A DNA stretch of 64,000 nucleotides from assembly GCA_964547105.1 (NCBI GenBank), contig CAZJLO010000002.1, positions 40,779-104,778 on the forward strand. Direction: 5' to 3'. A program made the position numbers and the translations under genes. This stretch comes from an uncultured Thermotogae bacterium. GTDB lineage: Bacteria > Bipolaricaulota > Bipolaricaulia > UBA7950 > UBA9294. This document shows, piece after piece, positions 10,351-19,056 of the stretch. The notes under the pieces are model-generated. The model saw nothing but the letters and a program-made list of their open reading frames with translations, ran no database searches and was not told the origin of the DNA. Numbering within the stretch: the stretch's first letter is position 1; each line of letters opens with the position of its first letter.

Positions 10351-11255
10351 CCCTGCGAACGGATGAAAGACTCGATGTCGTCGCGCGTAGGAAGCGCTGC
10401 TTGTGCGCCGGCGATGGTTGTCGTCAGGGCACCGACAATGTTCGCCCACTGGACCGCGTCACGCAGCGACTCCGAGGTGATCTTGCATGCCAACGCTGCG
10501 TTGAATGCGTCACCGGCGGCGGTTGTATCAACCGGATCGACTTGAGGAGGGGCGACACGCTCCAGTGTGGTCGAATCGACCGGCAGCACATACGCGCCTT
10601 CGGCGCCCGACTTGCATACGATACGTCGGACGCCCAGCCCCCGCATTCGTAGCATCGCCGGTCCCAGTTCCGCCATTCCCGTGATCGCCGCCAGCTCCCC
10701 CCGATTCGGCGTGAGCAGGTCGATTCGACCGAGTGGCAGAAGGGAGAGATCTTGTGCCGGGGCAGGATCAAGAATGACGAACGGACGATCGGGATCGAGC
10801 TTTGCCAGCAGGTAGGCGATCGACTCGATCGGCGTTTCTAGTTGGAGGAGGAGAACCTCCGCAGTGGCAACAACAGGAAGAACGCGATCGATGAATGAGC
10901 GATCGACGGAAGCGTTGGCCCCCGGTACATAAGCGATGGCATTTTCTCCGGAATCCTCCACCCAGATCGTTGCCGTCCCGGTCGGCTGTTCCGGGCTTCG
11001 CTCGACGCCGCACACGTCGACTCCAGCCTGCTTCAGACTATGGAGGATGTCGTCGCCAAACGGATCGATCCCGATCCGGCCGAAGAATGCGACGGCCCCG
11101 TCAGGAGCGAGCCGTGCCGCGGCCACTGCTTGGTTGGCGCCCTTTCCGCCTGGCGAGCGGTGCAGGCTTGTTCCCCGAATCGTCTCTCCCGGTCGAGGAA
11201 TGCGCGGAAGTCTCGTTGTTAAGTCCATATTGGCACTGCCCAGCACTGCGATCAC
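10347..11255 (-). CDS. rbsK: ribokinase / PfkB-family sugar kinase
   Basis: ORF-track ORF extends to 11369 but VIAVLGSANMDL with upstream GGAGAA SD suggests GTG start near 11255; GGKGANQA, TGAGD AF NAAL anion-hole/ATP motifs. Confidence 0.8.
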   Translation of the reverse strand: MIAVLGSANMDLTTRLPRIPRPGETIRGTSLHRSPGGKGANQAVAAARLAPDGAVAFFGRIGIDPFGDDILHSLKQAGVDVCGVERSPEQPTGTATIWVEDSGENAIAYVPGANASVDRSFIDRVLPVVATAEVLLLQLETPIESIAYLLAKLDPDRPFVILDPAPAQDLSLLPLGRIDLLTPNRGELAAITGMAELGPAMLRMRGLGVRRIVCKSGAEGAYVLPVDSTTLERVAPPQVDPVDTTAAGDAFNAALACKITSESLRDAVQWANIVGALTTTIAGAQAALPTRDDIESFIRSQG

Positions 11256-11286
11256 AGATGGTTCTCCTTCTGCTCGGTCCAAATTT

Positions 11287-12609
11287 CTAGTGCCGTGTGG
11301 GTCCCGGCGAACAGGCGTTCGGCGCGATGCGTTGTCCCCATGTCGATGTCCATTGGACAAGCGTCTCAAATGGAATGGTGTCGAAACCGATCACATAGGT
11401 TGGAAGCGTGTCGCCAAGCGGTGCGATCCATTGTTTCGGAAGCGCAGACGCACCAAGCGATGCGCCGACGAGAGCGCCGACCAGACCCGCTGTGCAGTCT
11501 GTGTCAAACCCGAGATGGAGCGTGCTCAAGAGAGACCGCTCGAAGTCCGCTTCGCCAAGGATCAGCCCGGCGACGGAACAGGCAAGACTGGGAATACAGT
11601 GAATCCAATGGTAGCGTCCAAACGTTCGTTCGATCCACTTGGCGACAGAGCGTTCATCCGGTGACCTCCGGCAACAATCGATGGTTGCCTCGACAGCCGC
11701 GATGAGGGGGCTGTCGGCCGGGATGTGGCTCAGTCCGGCAATCAGGGCATCCTCCACCGGCAATCCGGCTACGATGAGGGATGTGGTCGCAGCGACGTAG
11801 ACTTCGCCGTCCACGCCTTCGCGGTAGTGAGAAATGCAGGCGTCCCGGAAGGCGGATTCCGCTGCGAGCCGCGGCGAGGCGGGGGCGACCAATCCGTGGA
11901 TCTCGCCGCGCATCTGCGCCCCGACCCATGCTCCGCAGGGATTGCGGAACCACCGGCTCTCCGGAGGCATCACACCGGCCGAGATGTTGTCCAAGGCGGC
12001 TTGCTCCGCGGTGTATGCGAACGGCAGATGCGAAAGCCACTGGAGTGCCAGATCCCGACTTGTCCAGTGAATACCGAACTCATCAAGAACGTGGAGCAGC
12101 AAAGGAGCATAGGCTGTGTCATCATTGACGAGCTTTGGTGTGCCAACATACGACTGGATCCGTCCGTGCGTGTGAAGGATCTGCTCTCGTGACCACCCTT
12201 CCACCGGTTCGCCGAGCGCCGTGCCCGCGCACTTGCCCAACCACGAGCCAAGGATACGATCTTCGTAGACCCGGTGATCGATCGGGAGCGTCATGGGGGG
12301 GAGGGTGCCCGCCGGGAGCTCCTCTTGGTAGGCCTCCCATGTGGCCGGTTCTTGCCGGCGCACGTCCGCGAGGTGCTTGACGATCAGCTCGTTGATCTTG
12401 GCCATCACGACGAGGAGATCATCGTCTCGATCGGCCAGGTAGAGCCGCTCCGCCTCGTCAAGCAGCGGATGTGCCGCAGCCATATCGCATCCAAGGTTCT
12501 CCATCGCCCGAACGGATGCACGCGTAGGATAGATCGAGATCCCTGAGTCGCCAGCGGTCTCCCAGGCGTTACGGATCGAGTTCCGGCGAGACGATGATCT
12601 GTTCATGAC
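11287..12609 (-). CDS. ADP-ribosylglycohydrolase-family protein
   Basis: Likely start MNRSSS.. (ATG 12609, 11 nt after upstream stop); ARH/DraG-family sequence throughout (ILGSWLGKCAGTALGEPVEGW.., DDTAY, GFDTDCTAGLVGALVGA). Confidence 0.8.
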   Translation of the reverse strand, partial: VMNRSSSRRNSIRNAWETAGDSGISIYPTRASVRAMENLGCDMAAAHPLLDEAERLYLADRDDDLLVVMAKINELIVKHLADVRRQEPATWEAYQEELPAGTLPPMTLPIDHRVYEDRILGSWLGKCAGTALGEPVEGWSREQILHTHGRIQSYVGTPKLVNDDTAYAPLLLHVLDEFGIHWTSRDLALQWLSHLPFAYTAEQAALDNISAGVMPPESRWFRNPCGAWVGAQMRGEIHGLVAPASPRLAAESAFRDACISHYREGVDGEVYVAATTSLIVAGLPVEDALIAGLSHIPADSPLIAAVEATIDCCRRSPDERSVAKWIERTFGRYHWIHCIPSLACSVAGLILGEADFERSLLSTLHLGFDTDCTAGLVGALVGASLGASALPKQWIAPLGDTLPTYVIGFDTIPFETLVQWTSTWGQRIAPNACSPGPTRH

Positions 12610-12620
12610 GGTCTCCTTCG

Positions 12621-13769
12621 TCACAGGGCCGCCGCCAGCAGCTCGACGACATCGAGTACATCGACCGAGTGCGCGGTACCCGCCCGCTGCTTGGCATCGA
12701 GAAAGGCCGTCTGGCATGCCGGGCAGGCGCTGACGATCGTATCCGCTTCCGTTGCGAGCGCTTCGGCGAAGCGCTCGGCTTCGGTTGTGATCGACAGCTG
12801 TTCGTGGTCGGCACGTACGAACCCGCCGCTACCGCAGCAGAACGATTGCGGGCCGCTGCGCGGCATCTCTCGTCGCTTCACACCGGGGATGGCATCGATC
12901 AGCTGCCGCGGTGGACCAAGGATGCCCAGGGATCGTCCCAGCGTGCAGGGGTCGTGATAGGTGACAAGGCGGCTTTGCCTCTTTAGTCTCAATTCGCGGA
13001 ATGCGGGAAGCTGCGCGAGATACTCAGTGATGTGAACGGCGCGTACAGGGAGGGGGTGTCCTGTCAGCTTGACGTAGTCCTCGCGGAACGTCCGGAGACA
13101 TCCCGGGCAGGCGAAGACCAGCGTCTCGGCACCGGAACGCCGGATACGTTCCAGATTCTCCTCCAGAGCTTGGCGGGCTCGATCGGGCTGTCCCATCGCC
13201 AAGAAGGGATGGCCGCAGCAAGTCTCATCTTCAAGAACGGCAAAATCGACGCCACATGCCTCGAGCAGCTGATAGGTTCCGCGGGCAATTCCCCGCCGCA
13301 GCAGAGACGGGGTGCAACCGACGAAGAAGACGACATCGGCAGTGGTGCCGACACGTTGCGTGCCTGGTAGCCAGGCAAGTCGCTTCGCTTGCGGGCGCCC
13401 GTACGGATTTCCGTTGTCGGCTACGTCTCTTACCAACGATGCCCCTCCCGGAAGAAGGAGGTCGCGCTCGGCAAGATCGGCCTTCATCGCGGCGTAGATG
13501 TCGGTCAGGGAGAGGTACTTGAAGCACTGCGACTCGCACGCGCCACACTCGGTGCAGGCGAAGACACGCTCGGCGACGTCTTGGTTGTAGGAAACAACGC
13601 CGTCGAGCAGGGCGCGGGCGATGGCGATCTTGCCTCGGGCGCCGTAGGATTCCAGCCTATTGTCCGCGTAGGGCGGGCAGATCGATTGTCCGGCGCTTTC
13701 CATGTGGTCAAAGCAGAATCCGCATCGCAAGCAGCTGTAAATCTGGTCCTTGTAGGCTTCGAGGTTCAT
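12621..13769 (-). CDS. Fe-S oxidoreductase with CCG domains (GlcF/heterodisulfide-reductase-like)
   Basis: 382 aa; two 4Fe-4S Cys clusters (CLRCGFCFDHME ; CTECGACESQC) and two CCG motifs (CGSGG, CPGC); ATGA overlap with upstream gene. Confidence 0.75.
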   Translation of the reverse strand: MNLEAYKDQIYSCLRCGFCFDHMESAGQSICPPYADNRLESYGARGKIAIARALLDGVVSYNQDVAERVFACTECGACESQCFKYLSLTDIYAAMKADLAERDLLLPGGASLVRDVADNGNPYGRPQAKRLAWLPGTQRVGTTADVVFFVGCTPSLLRRGIARGTYQLLEACGVDFAVLEDETCCGHPFLAMGQPDRARQALEENLERIRRSGAETLVFACPGCLRTFREDYVKLTGHPLPVRAVHITEYLAQLPAFRELRLKRQSRLVTYHDPCTLGRSLGILGPPRQLIDAIPGVKRREMPRSGPQSFCCGSGGFVRADHEQLSITTEAERFAEALATEADTIVSACPACQTAFLDAKQRAGTAHSVDVLDVVELLAAAL

Positions 13770-15184
13770 CGGGTCTCCTCAGGGACGAGCAGTCCCGGAT
13801 TCAGGGTTCCGTGCGGATCGAGCGTTCGCTTCAGGGTTCGGAGGAGGTCATAGCTGGTTCCCAGCTTAGGCATGATGTGCGGTGCGACGCCGCCTCCAAG
13901 TCCGCCGGGGCTCATCCGGCCCTCGGTGAACATCCGTTCGGCGATCTCGCCTCGTAGCTTCATGCCATACTCCCAGGCGTCGTCCCGGCGCTCATCGTAG
14001 AGGGTATCGATCCACAGATACGCGCCGTTGCGGGAGAAGTACGCATCGACACCCTTGACGCGGATGCCGAATTGCTCGAAGGCTTGCTCTCGTTCATTCT
14101 TCATCTCACGGAACAGGGCGATCGCCTTCTTCAGCCCCTGGGAAGAGATGAAGCCGGCCACTTCTGGACAGAAGTACGGACGATGGCTGTAATAGGGGCC
14201 GGGAGCCGTGTTGCGCAACCAGGAGTACATGTGTTCCTGCCAGTAGTGCTTGGTCCCGTCGGCCGGACGTGCCCGGCCGGCATGCGAGAAGCAGATCGCT
14301 TCCGCCTCTCGAATCCGCTCTCTTGCAGCCGATGCTCGATCTCGGACGATCAGATGAAGGAACGCGTCTCCCTGCTCTCCGGTTGGCTTGGGCCCCCCGA
14401 ACAACCCGACGATAAACGTCGCAGCACCGCTTGCCTGGATGCCGGTCGCAGCATCGATGGCATCCTGATACTCATCGAAGGCAAAGAAACGGAATTCTTC
14501 CGCCTCGGGGATCCGGTGGATGCGATACGTTACGGATGTGATGATACCGAGGATGCCGTACGACCCAATGAACAACCCGGCAAGATCTGCTCCGTTTGCG
14601 TTTCTTTCGATCGGCTCGGACGCGGGATTGGACGCGGAACCCGTATGGATGACGGCACCCGACGGCAAGACGACCTCAAGAGAGAGAACATGATCTCCGG
14701 TCATGCCGTATTCGGTTGCGCCGTGCGGAGTGGCGTTAACGGCCACGGTCCCGCCGATCGTACACGAGAACAGCCCGCCGCCTCCGGGCACGCCGAGTTC
14801 CCAACCACTTCGGTGGAGCTGCCGATCGATGGCGTACCAAATCGCGCCGCACTGTGCGGTGACGTATCCGGCCTCAAGATCGATCTTCGTGATCCCGTTC
14901 ATGCGGGTTGTGTCGAGGACGACAACTCCTTCCTTGACGCCGCTTCCGAGGAACGTGGTTGCACGGCCACGGGTGTGGATCTGGAATCCGAGGTCATTCG
15001 CCAGCCGCACCAAGGAACCGATTTCTTCGGTGCTCCCGGGTTGGACGACCAGAGCGGGGATGCCTGCTCTGTCGGGCCCGCAATCGCGCGAGTAGCAAAC
15101 GCGATCCACGAGGCTGTCCGTCACATGCTCTGCTCCGACGATCTCTGCGAGCTTTCCGCCGAGATTCTCAAGCATATCGTTCAC
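13766..15184 (-). CDS. FAD-linked oxidase (GlcD/D-lactate dehydrogenase family)
   Basis: 472 aa; FAD-binding PCMH domain sequence (ALVVQPGSTEEIGSLVRLANDLGFQIHTRGRATTFLGSG), C-terminal FAD-oxidase domain. Confidence 0.8.
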   Translation of the reverse strand: MNDMLENLGGKLAEIVGAEHVTDSLVDRVCYSRDCGPDRAGIPALVVQPGSTEEIGSLVRLANDLGFQIHTRGRATTFLGSGVKEGVVVLDTTRMNGITKIDLEAGYVTAQCGAIWYAIDRQLHRSGWELGVPGGGGLFSCTIGGTVAVNATPHGATEYGMTGDHVLSLEVVLPSGAVIHTGSASNPASEPIERNANGADLAGLFIGSYGILGIITSVTYRIHRIPEAEEFRFFAFDEYQDAIDAATGIQASGAATFIVGLFGGPKPTGEQGDAFLHLIVRDRASAARERIREAEAICFSHAGRARPADGTKHYWQEHMYSWLRNTAPGPYYSHRPYFCPEVAGFISSQGLKKAIALFREMKNEREQAFEQFGIRVKGVDAYFSRNGAYLWIDTLYDERRDDAWEYGMKLRGEIAERMFTEGRMSPGGLGGGVAPHIMPKLGTSYDLLRTLKRTLDPHGTLNPGLLVPEETR

Positions 15185-16559
15185 CTACTTTCCTGATTTC
15201 TTGAAGAGCCAACGCTTCGTCAATGCAGGTGAGTTCTCGGTCTTGCATGACGAGCCGCCCGTTGATGATGGTTGTGATGACATCGTTCGCCTTGGCGCAG
15301 TACACCAGAGATGCGAACAGGTCGTCGATCCTGTTGGAGAACTGGAGTTGGTGAGCGCCCGTTGTGTCGAGAACGACCAGATCGGCGAGCTTTCCCGGAT
15401 CGATGACGCCGGCATCGATGCCGCATGCTTGGGCGCCGTTCTCCGTGGCGAAGCGGAAGATATCTCGAGCCGTGAGGACCGTCGGGTCTTGCTTGGCGAC
15501 CTTCTGAAGCAGAAGACCGCAGCGCATTTCCTCAAACGGATCGAGTAGATCATTGGATGCTGCACCGTCCGTTCCCAACGTGATCGGAACGCCGGCACGA
15601 TGGAGATCGACGATCGGTGCAATCCCGCTTCCGAGTTTCATGTTGCTTTTGGGGTTGTATGCCACGGCGACATCGCGTGCTGCAGCCAGCCGGATGTCTC
15701 CCTCGGTGAGGTGGACGCCGTGGACGGCAAGAAGCGGGCTCTCGAGAACGCCGAGGTTGTCCAGGCGTGCCAATGGAGTCATACCGACATCCTGCAGCGA
15801 TTGCTCGACCTCCCAAGCAGTCTCCGACACATGGGTTGTGATTCCGAGGTTGTGTACGTGGGCCTGCCTGCCAATCCACGTGAGCAGGTCGTCCGTGCAG
15901 GTAAACGGCGTCGAAGGCGCGAGCATCACGGTCGACAAGGGAGCAACCCTTGGCATTCGGTGCCATCGCTCGATCAGGGCCAACGTGTCGTCCTTTGTCT
16001 GCTCGCGCGAGACGCGAAGTTCTTCGGGAACCCACTTGTCCACCAAGCTCATCGCGGCAACGCCGCGGATCCCGATCTGGTGCCAGGCGTCGATCACGCC
16101 GTCGATATTCATATCCATGTCTACGAAGGAAGTGATGCCGCTGCGGATCATTTCGATGCAGCCAAGAAGCGACCAGAGCGAGGCGATCTCCGTTGCACCA
16201 TCGTTCCAGGCAGCGCGAAGGACGCGCTTGACAAATGGGAATGTCACATCATCGCACCATGCGACCAGCGACAGGTCGTCGCGACGTCCTTTGAGCATTG
16301 ACTGATAGAGGTGGGTGTGGCTGTTGACCAGCCCGGGGATGACCAGCCGGTTGCGACCGTCGATCACGACAAGGTCGTCATCGGGACCGTTGTCGGATCC
16401 GAACGGCCCTTCCCCGACCGAGGAAACCCGCGTGCCTTCAATCAACACATCGACGTCGTGCTCGATTCGGTCGGCATCGCGGATCAGCGTCGAGATGTTC
16501 CTGAGTAGGATTCTCGATTCCGGCTGTCTGCCGGCGGGCAATACGATCCGATCGGTCAT
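15168..16559 (-). CDS. COG0402-type amidohydrolase (cytosine/guanine/MTA-SAH deaminase-like)
   Basis: Start MTDRIVLP at 16559 (ATGA overlap with upstream stop); motifs PGLVNSHTHLYQS, HVSET, AYNPKSNMKLGSG, GTDGAASN. Confidence 0.85.
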   Translation of the reverse strand: MTDRIVLPAGRQPESRILLRNISTLIRDADRIEHDVDVLIEGTRVSSVGEGPFGSDNGPDDDLVVIDGRNRLVIPGLVNSHTHLYQSMLKGRRDDLSLVAWCDDVTFPFVKRVLRAAWNDGATEIASLWSLLGCIEMIRSGITSFVDMDMNIDGVIDAWHQIGIRGVAAMSLVDKWVPEELRVSREQTKDDTLALIERWHRMPRVAPLSTVMLAPSTPFTCTDDLLTWIGRQAHVHNLGITTHVSETAWEVEQSLQDVGMTPLARLDNLGVLESPLLAVHGVHLTEGDIRLAAARDVAVAYNPKSNMKLGSGIAPIVDLHRAGVPITLGTDGAASNDLLDPFEEMRCGLLLQKVAKQDPTVLTARDIFRFATENGAQACGIDAGVIDPGKLADLVVLDTTGAHQLQFSNRIDDLFASLVYCAKANDVITTIINGRLVMQDRELTCIDEALALQEIRKVGERYA

Positions 16560-17713
16560 CTCGTTTCTCCTTGTCCATGACGGAAACCATGTGATTCTCT
16601 GTCGTCGTCTCGAATCCAGGACAGAGCGTGTGTCGCGCAGGCGGAGACACAAAGGCCGCACTGCCGGCACAGTGAACCGACCTCGGAGTCAAACGACGAC
16701 CTGGCTCCGTAAGGGCAGATTTCCACGCAGCGGTTGCAGTGGGTACATACCTCGGGATTCCAGATGAAGGTGAACAGGCGATCGCCCCCGGCATCGGCGG
16801 CAGGCCGTGTGGCGTCGGGAACGATGGCCGCGCCGATGCAGTCGGCGTAGGCATCGAAGCCAAGCTCCTCAAGGCGCAGCGCGAGGCCTTCCGGAAGCGA
16901 TCGGAGCATCGCCAAGCCTCGGAGAAGAGGCGCGGTGCAGACACCGATTGCCGTGGCCCCCGCCATCAGCATCTCCACCGCATCTTCGGCACGCATGACT
17001 CCGCCCGTTCCGATGATCGGGACGGAGCGGGGGAGAACCGCGGACAGGCGGGCAACCAAATGAAGTGCAATCGGGAATAGCGAGCCGCCGGAGAGCCATG
17101 CTGAGACGGAGCCAAGTTGGGGCCGTCGTCTCTCCACATTGATGCGCAGCGCTGGTCCGATGGAATCGGAAGCGGTGATCGCAGCTGCGCCGCGCGCTGC
17201 GCAACGCTGCGCTGCGCCGATCGGATCGCGCCAATTGACGCTGATCTTGGCGATCACCGGGATCTTAACCAGAGTGACGGCCTGCATGACCATTGCTTCG
17301 ATCGCCGCCTCATCGTACGACACGATCTCCAGGGCGTCCGCTCCCGCTTTCTCCAGGCAGGGCGCCAACGCAGCGACATCCGGCGGTGCGAGCCCGACAC
17401 TGGCGATCACGATCGCCCCGGATTCCTTTGCAAGCGGAAGCTCGTGTTCGATCCACGCGGACGCAGACAGCGTCGACCAGCGTTCGGCGTTGAGAAGCGT
17501 GCCGGTTCGCTCCCAGAAGATAGTTGGCGTCGGATCGACGGCTGCGGCCCGGGAGATCGTCTTGGTGACCACGGCCGCTGCTCCGGCTTTGTGCGCGCGG
17601 GCGATCGATTCCCCGTTGTGGGAAAGGGGTCCCGAGGCGAGCAGGAACGGATGGGGCAATTGCAGGGAGCCGATTCGAGTCGTCAGTTTCACGAGAGATC
17701 TCCTTTCTTCCAC
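16556..17713 (-). CDS. dihydroorotate/dihydropyrimidine dehydrogenase-like flavoprotein with C-terminal 2x[4Fe-4S] ferredoxin domain (PreA-like)
   Basis: 385 aa; DHOD class-1 TIM-barrel sequence (LASGPL, IIGTGGV) followed by CTHCNRCVEICP and CRQCGLCVSAC ferredoxin motifs. Confidence 0.8.
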   Translation of the reverse strand: MEERRSLVKLTTRIGSLQLPHPFLLASGPLSHNGESIARAHKAGAAAVVTKTISRAAAVDPTPTIFWERTGTLLNAERWSTLSASAWIEHELPLAKESGAIVIASVGLAPPDVAALAPCLEKAGADALEIVSYDEAAIEAMVMQAVTLVKIPVIAKISVNWRDPIGAAQRCAARGAAAITASDSIGPALRINVERRRPQLGSVSAWLSGGSLFPIALHLVARLSAVLPRSVPIIGTGGVMRAEDAVEMLMAGATAIGVCTAPLLRGLAMLRSLPEGLALRLEELGFDAYADCIGAAIVPDATRPAADAGGDRLFTFIWNPEVCTHCNRCVEICPYGARSSFDSEVGSLCRQCGLCVSACATHALSWIRDDDRESHGFRHGQGETR

Positions 17714-19056
17714 AGCCGAAGAGCCTCGCGTGCGGCGCGGGAGCGGATGTATTCACTGTCCAACGTCCGGACCGTGCCACGCTCCATCAGGATGTTCCCG
17801 CCGACCATTGACAGCACGACATGCGTGCTGTTCCGATAGAGGAGCGTCTGGTCGAGCAGGTTGTCTTCGGTGAGCGGCGTATCCTCGCCTGGAACGACCC
17901 CGATCAGATCGGCCGGTGCGCCGACGGACAGCATGCCGAGTTCGGGCATACCGATTGCGGCGGCGCTCCACGAAGTCGCCATTCTCCATGCAGTCTCCGC
18001 AGGAATCGCGGTGGCATCGCGTTGTGCCGCCTTGTGAAGGAGGAACGCACCGCGCATCACTTCGAATGGATCATTGATGTAGCCGTCCGTGCCCAGCCCC
18101 GGGGTCAGCCCGCGTTCGATCATTCGCGGAACCGGGGCGATGCCTCCTCCGACTTCGCAGTTGCTGAGCGGCATATGTGCGGCCCGGACTCCCTGCTTGG
18201 CAAGAACATCCAACTCATCGCCGTCCACGGCGACAAGCTGCGATGCGAGAACGGATGGGTCCCAGAAAGCGAGCCGGTCGTACCAATGCACGGGGCGAAG
18301 CCCATTTCGTGCAACGCACCACGCCGGTTCATACTCGCTCTCCGAAAGATGCAGCTGGAGGTCGGCGTGAACACTTGCCGCCGATGCCTTTGCCCGGCGC
18401 ACGAATGCTTCGGAACACGTGAAGCTGGTATGGATGCATTGCATCCCGCGGATTCGGGAGTCGCCCCTCGTATCTCGGATGAACCGCTCGTTCTCGGTGA
18501 GGGGCGCATCGCCGCAGGTGGCTCCTGCCCGCTCGGACGCCTCGATCGATAGAATCGCCCGAAGGCCGGCTTGCTCCACGACGGATGCCTCGCTTGCGAG
18601 AATGCCCGCCGGTGCGAATGGCGCCTCTAGAATGTCGCAGAAGGTCGTGAATCCCGAGCGGATCATGGACAGGCAGGCCAGTTCGCAGGCGGCGACGATC
18701 ATCTGTTCATCAAGGAGGTTCTCGACTTTGGGCCACCAGAACGCCTCCAGGAACGAGTCGAATCCCGGTTCCGGCGGAGCGGCGGGGATTCCGTGGGCCA
18801 ACAGCCCGTATGCGTGCATGTGGGCGTTTACGAATCCAGGGCACAGGACAAGATCCCGACAATCGATGTGGTCGGCGTTGGGGAATGTCTCGGCGAGCGT
18901 CTCGTTGGGAGCGATCTCGGTGATTCGCCCGTCGCAAACGACGACACCCCACCCGCGATGAATCGAGAAAGCGGATGAGGAAGTCGGCGTACCGCCTGAT
19001 CCCGATCCCGGTCCCGATGCGATGACCCAGCCGCCGAAAAGAACAAGAGGATTCAC
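17689..19056 (-). CDS. COG0402-type amidohydrolase (SsnA/chlorohydrolase/deaminase-like), second copy
   Basis: 455 aa; CPGFVNAHMHAYG, HLSESEYE, HMPLSNCEVGGG, GLGTDG; ATGA overlap with upstream AOR stop. Confidence 0.85.
   Translation of the reverse strand: MNPLVLFGGWVIASGPGSGSGGTPTSSSAFSIHRGWGVVVCDGRITEIAPNETLAETFPNADHIDCRDLVLCPGFVNAHMHAYGLLAHGIPAAPPEPGFDSFLEAFWWPKVENLLDEQMIVAACELACLSMIRSGFTTFCDILEAPFAPAGILASEASVVEQAGLRAILSIEASERAGATCGDAPLTENERFIRDTRGDSRIRGMQCIHTSFTCSEAFVRRAKASAASVHADLQLHLSESEYEPAWCVARNGLRPVHWYDRLAFWDPSVLASQLVAVDGDELDVLAKQGVRAAHMPLSNCEVGGGIAPVPRMIERGLTPGLGTDGYINDPFEVMRGAFLLHKAAQRDATAIPAETAWRMATSWSAAAIGMPELGMLSVGAPADLIGVVPGEDTPLTEDNLLDQTLLYRNSTHVVLSMVGGNILMERGTVRTLDSEYIRSRAAREALRLWKKGDLS

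Noticed and set aside
14072-15196. 374-aa plus-strand ORF
   Set aside because: Antisense to the FAD-linked oxidase.
17689-19056. Interpreting an amidohydrolase as FwdA/FhcA (formyl-MFR dehydrogenase subunit A homolog) partnering Ftr
   Set aside because: Motifs (HMHAYG, HLSESEYE, SNCEVGGG) place it in the COG0402 deaminase/chlorohydrolase clade rather than the urease/dihydroorotase-like FwdA clade.
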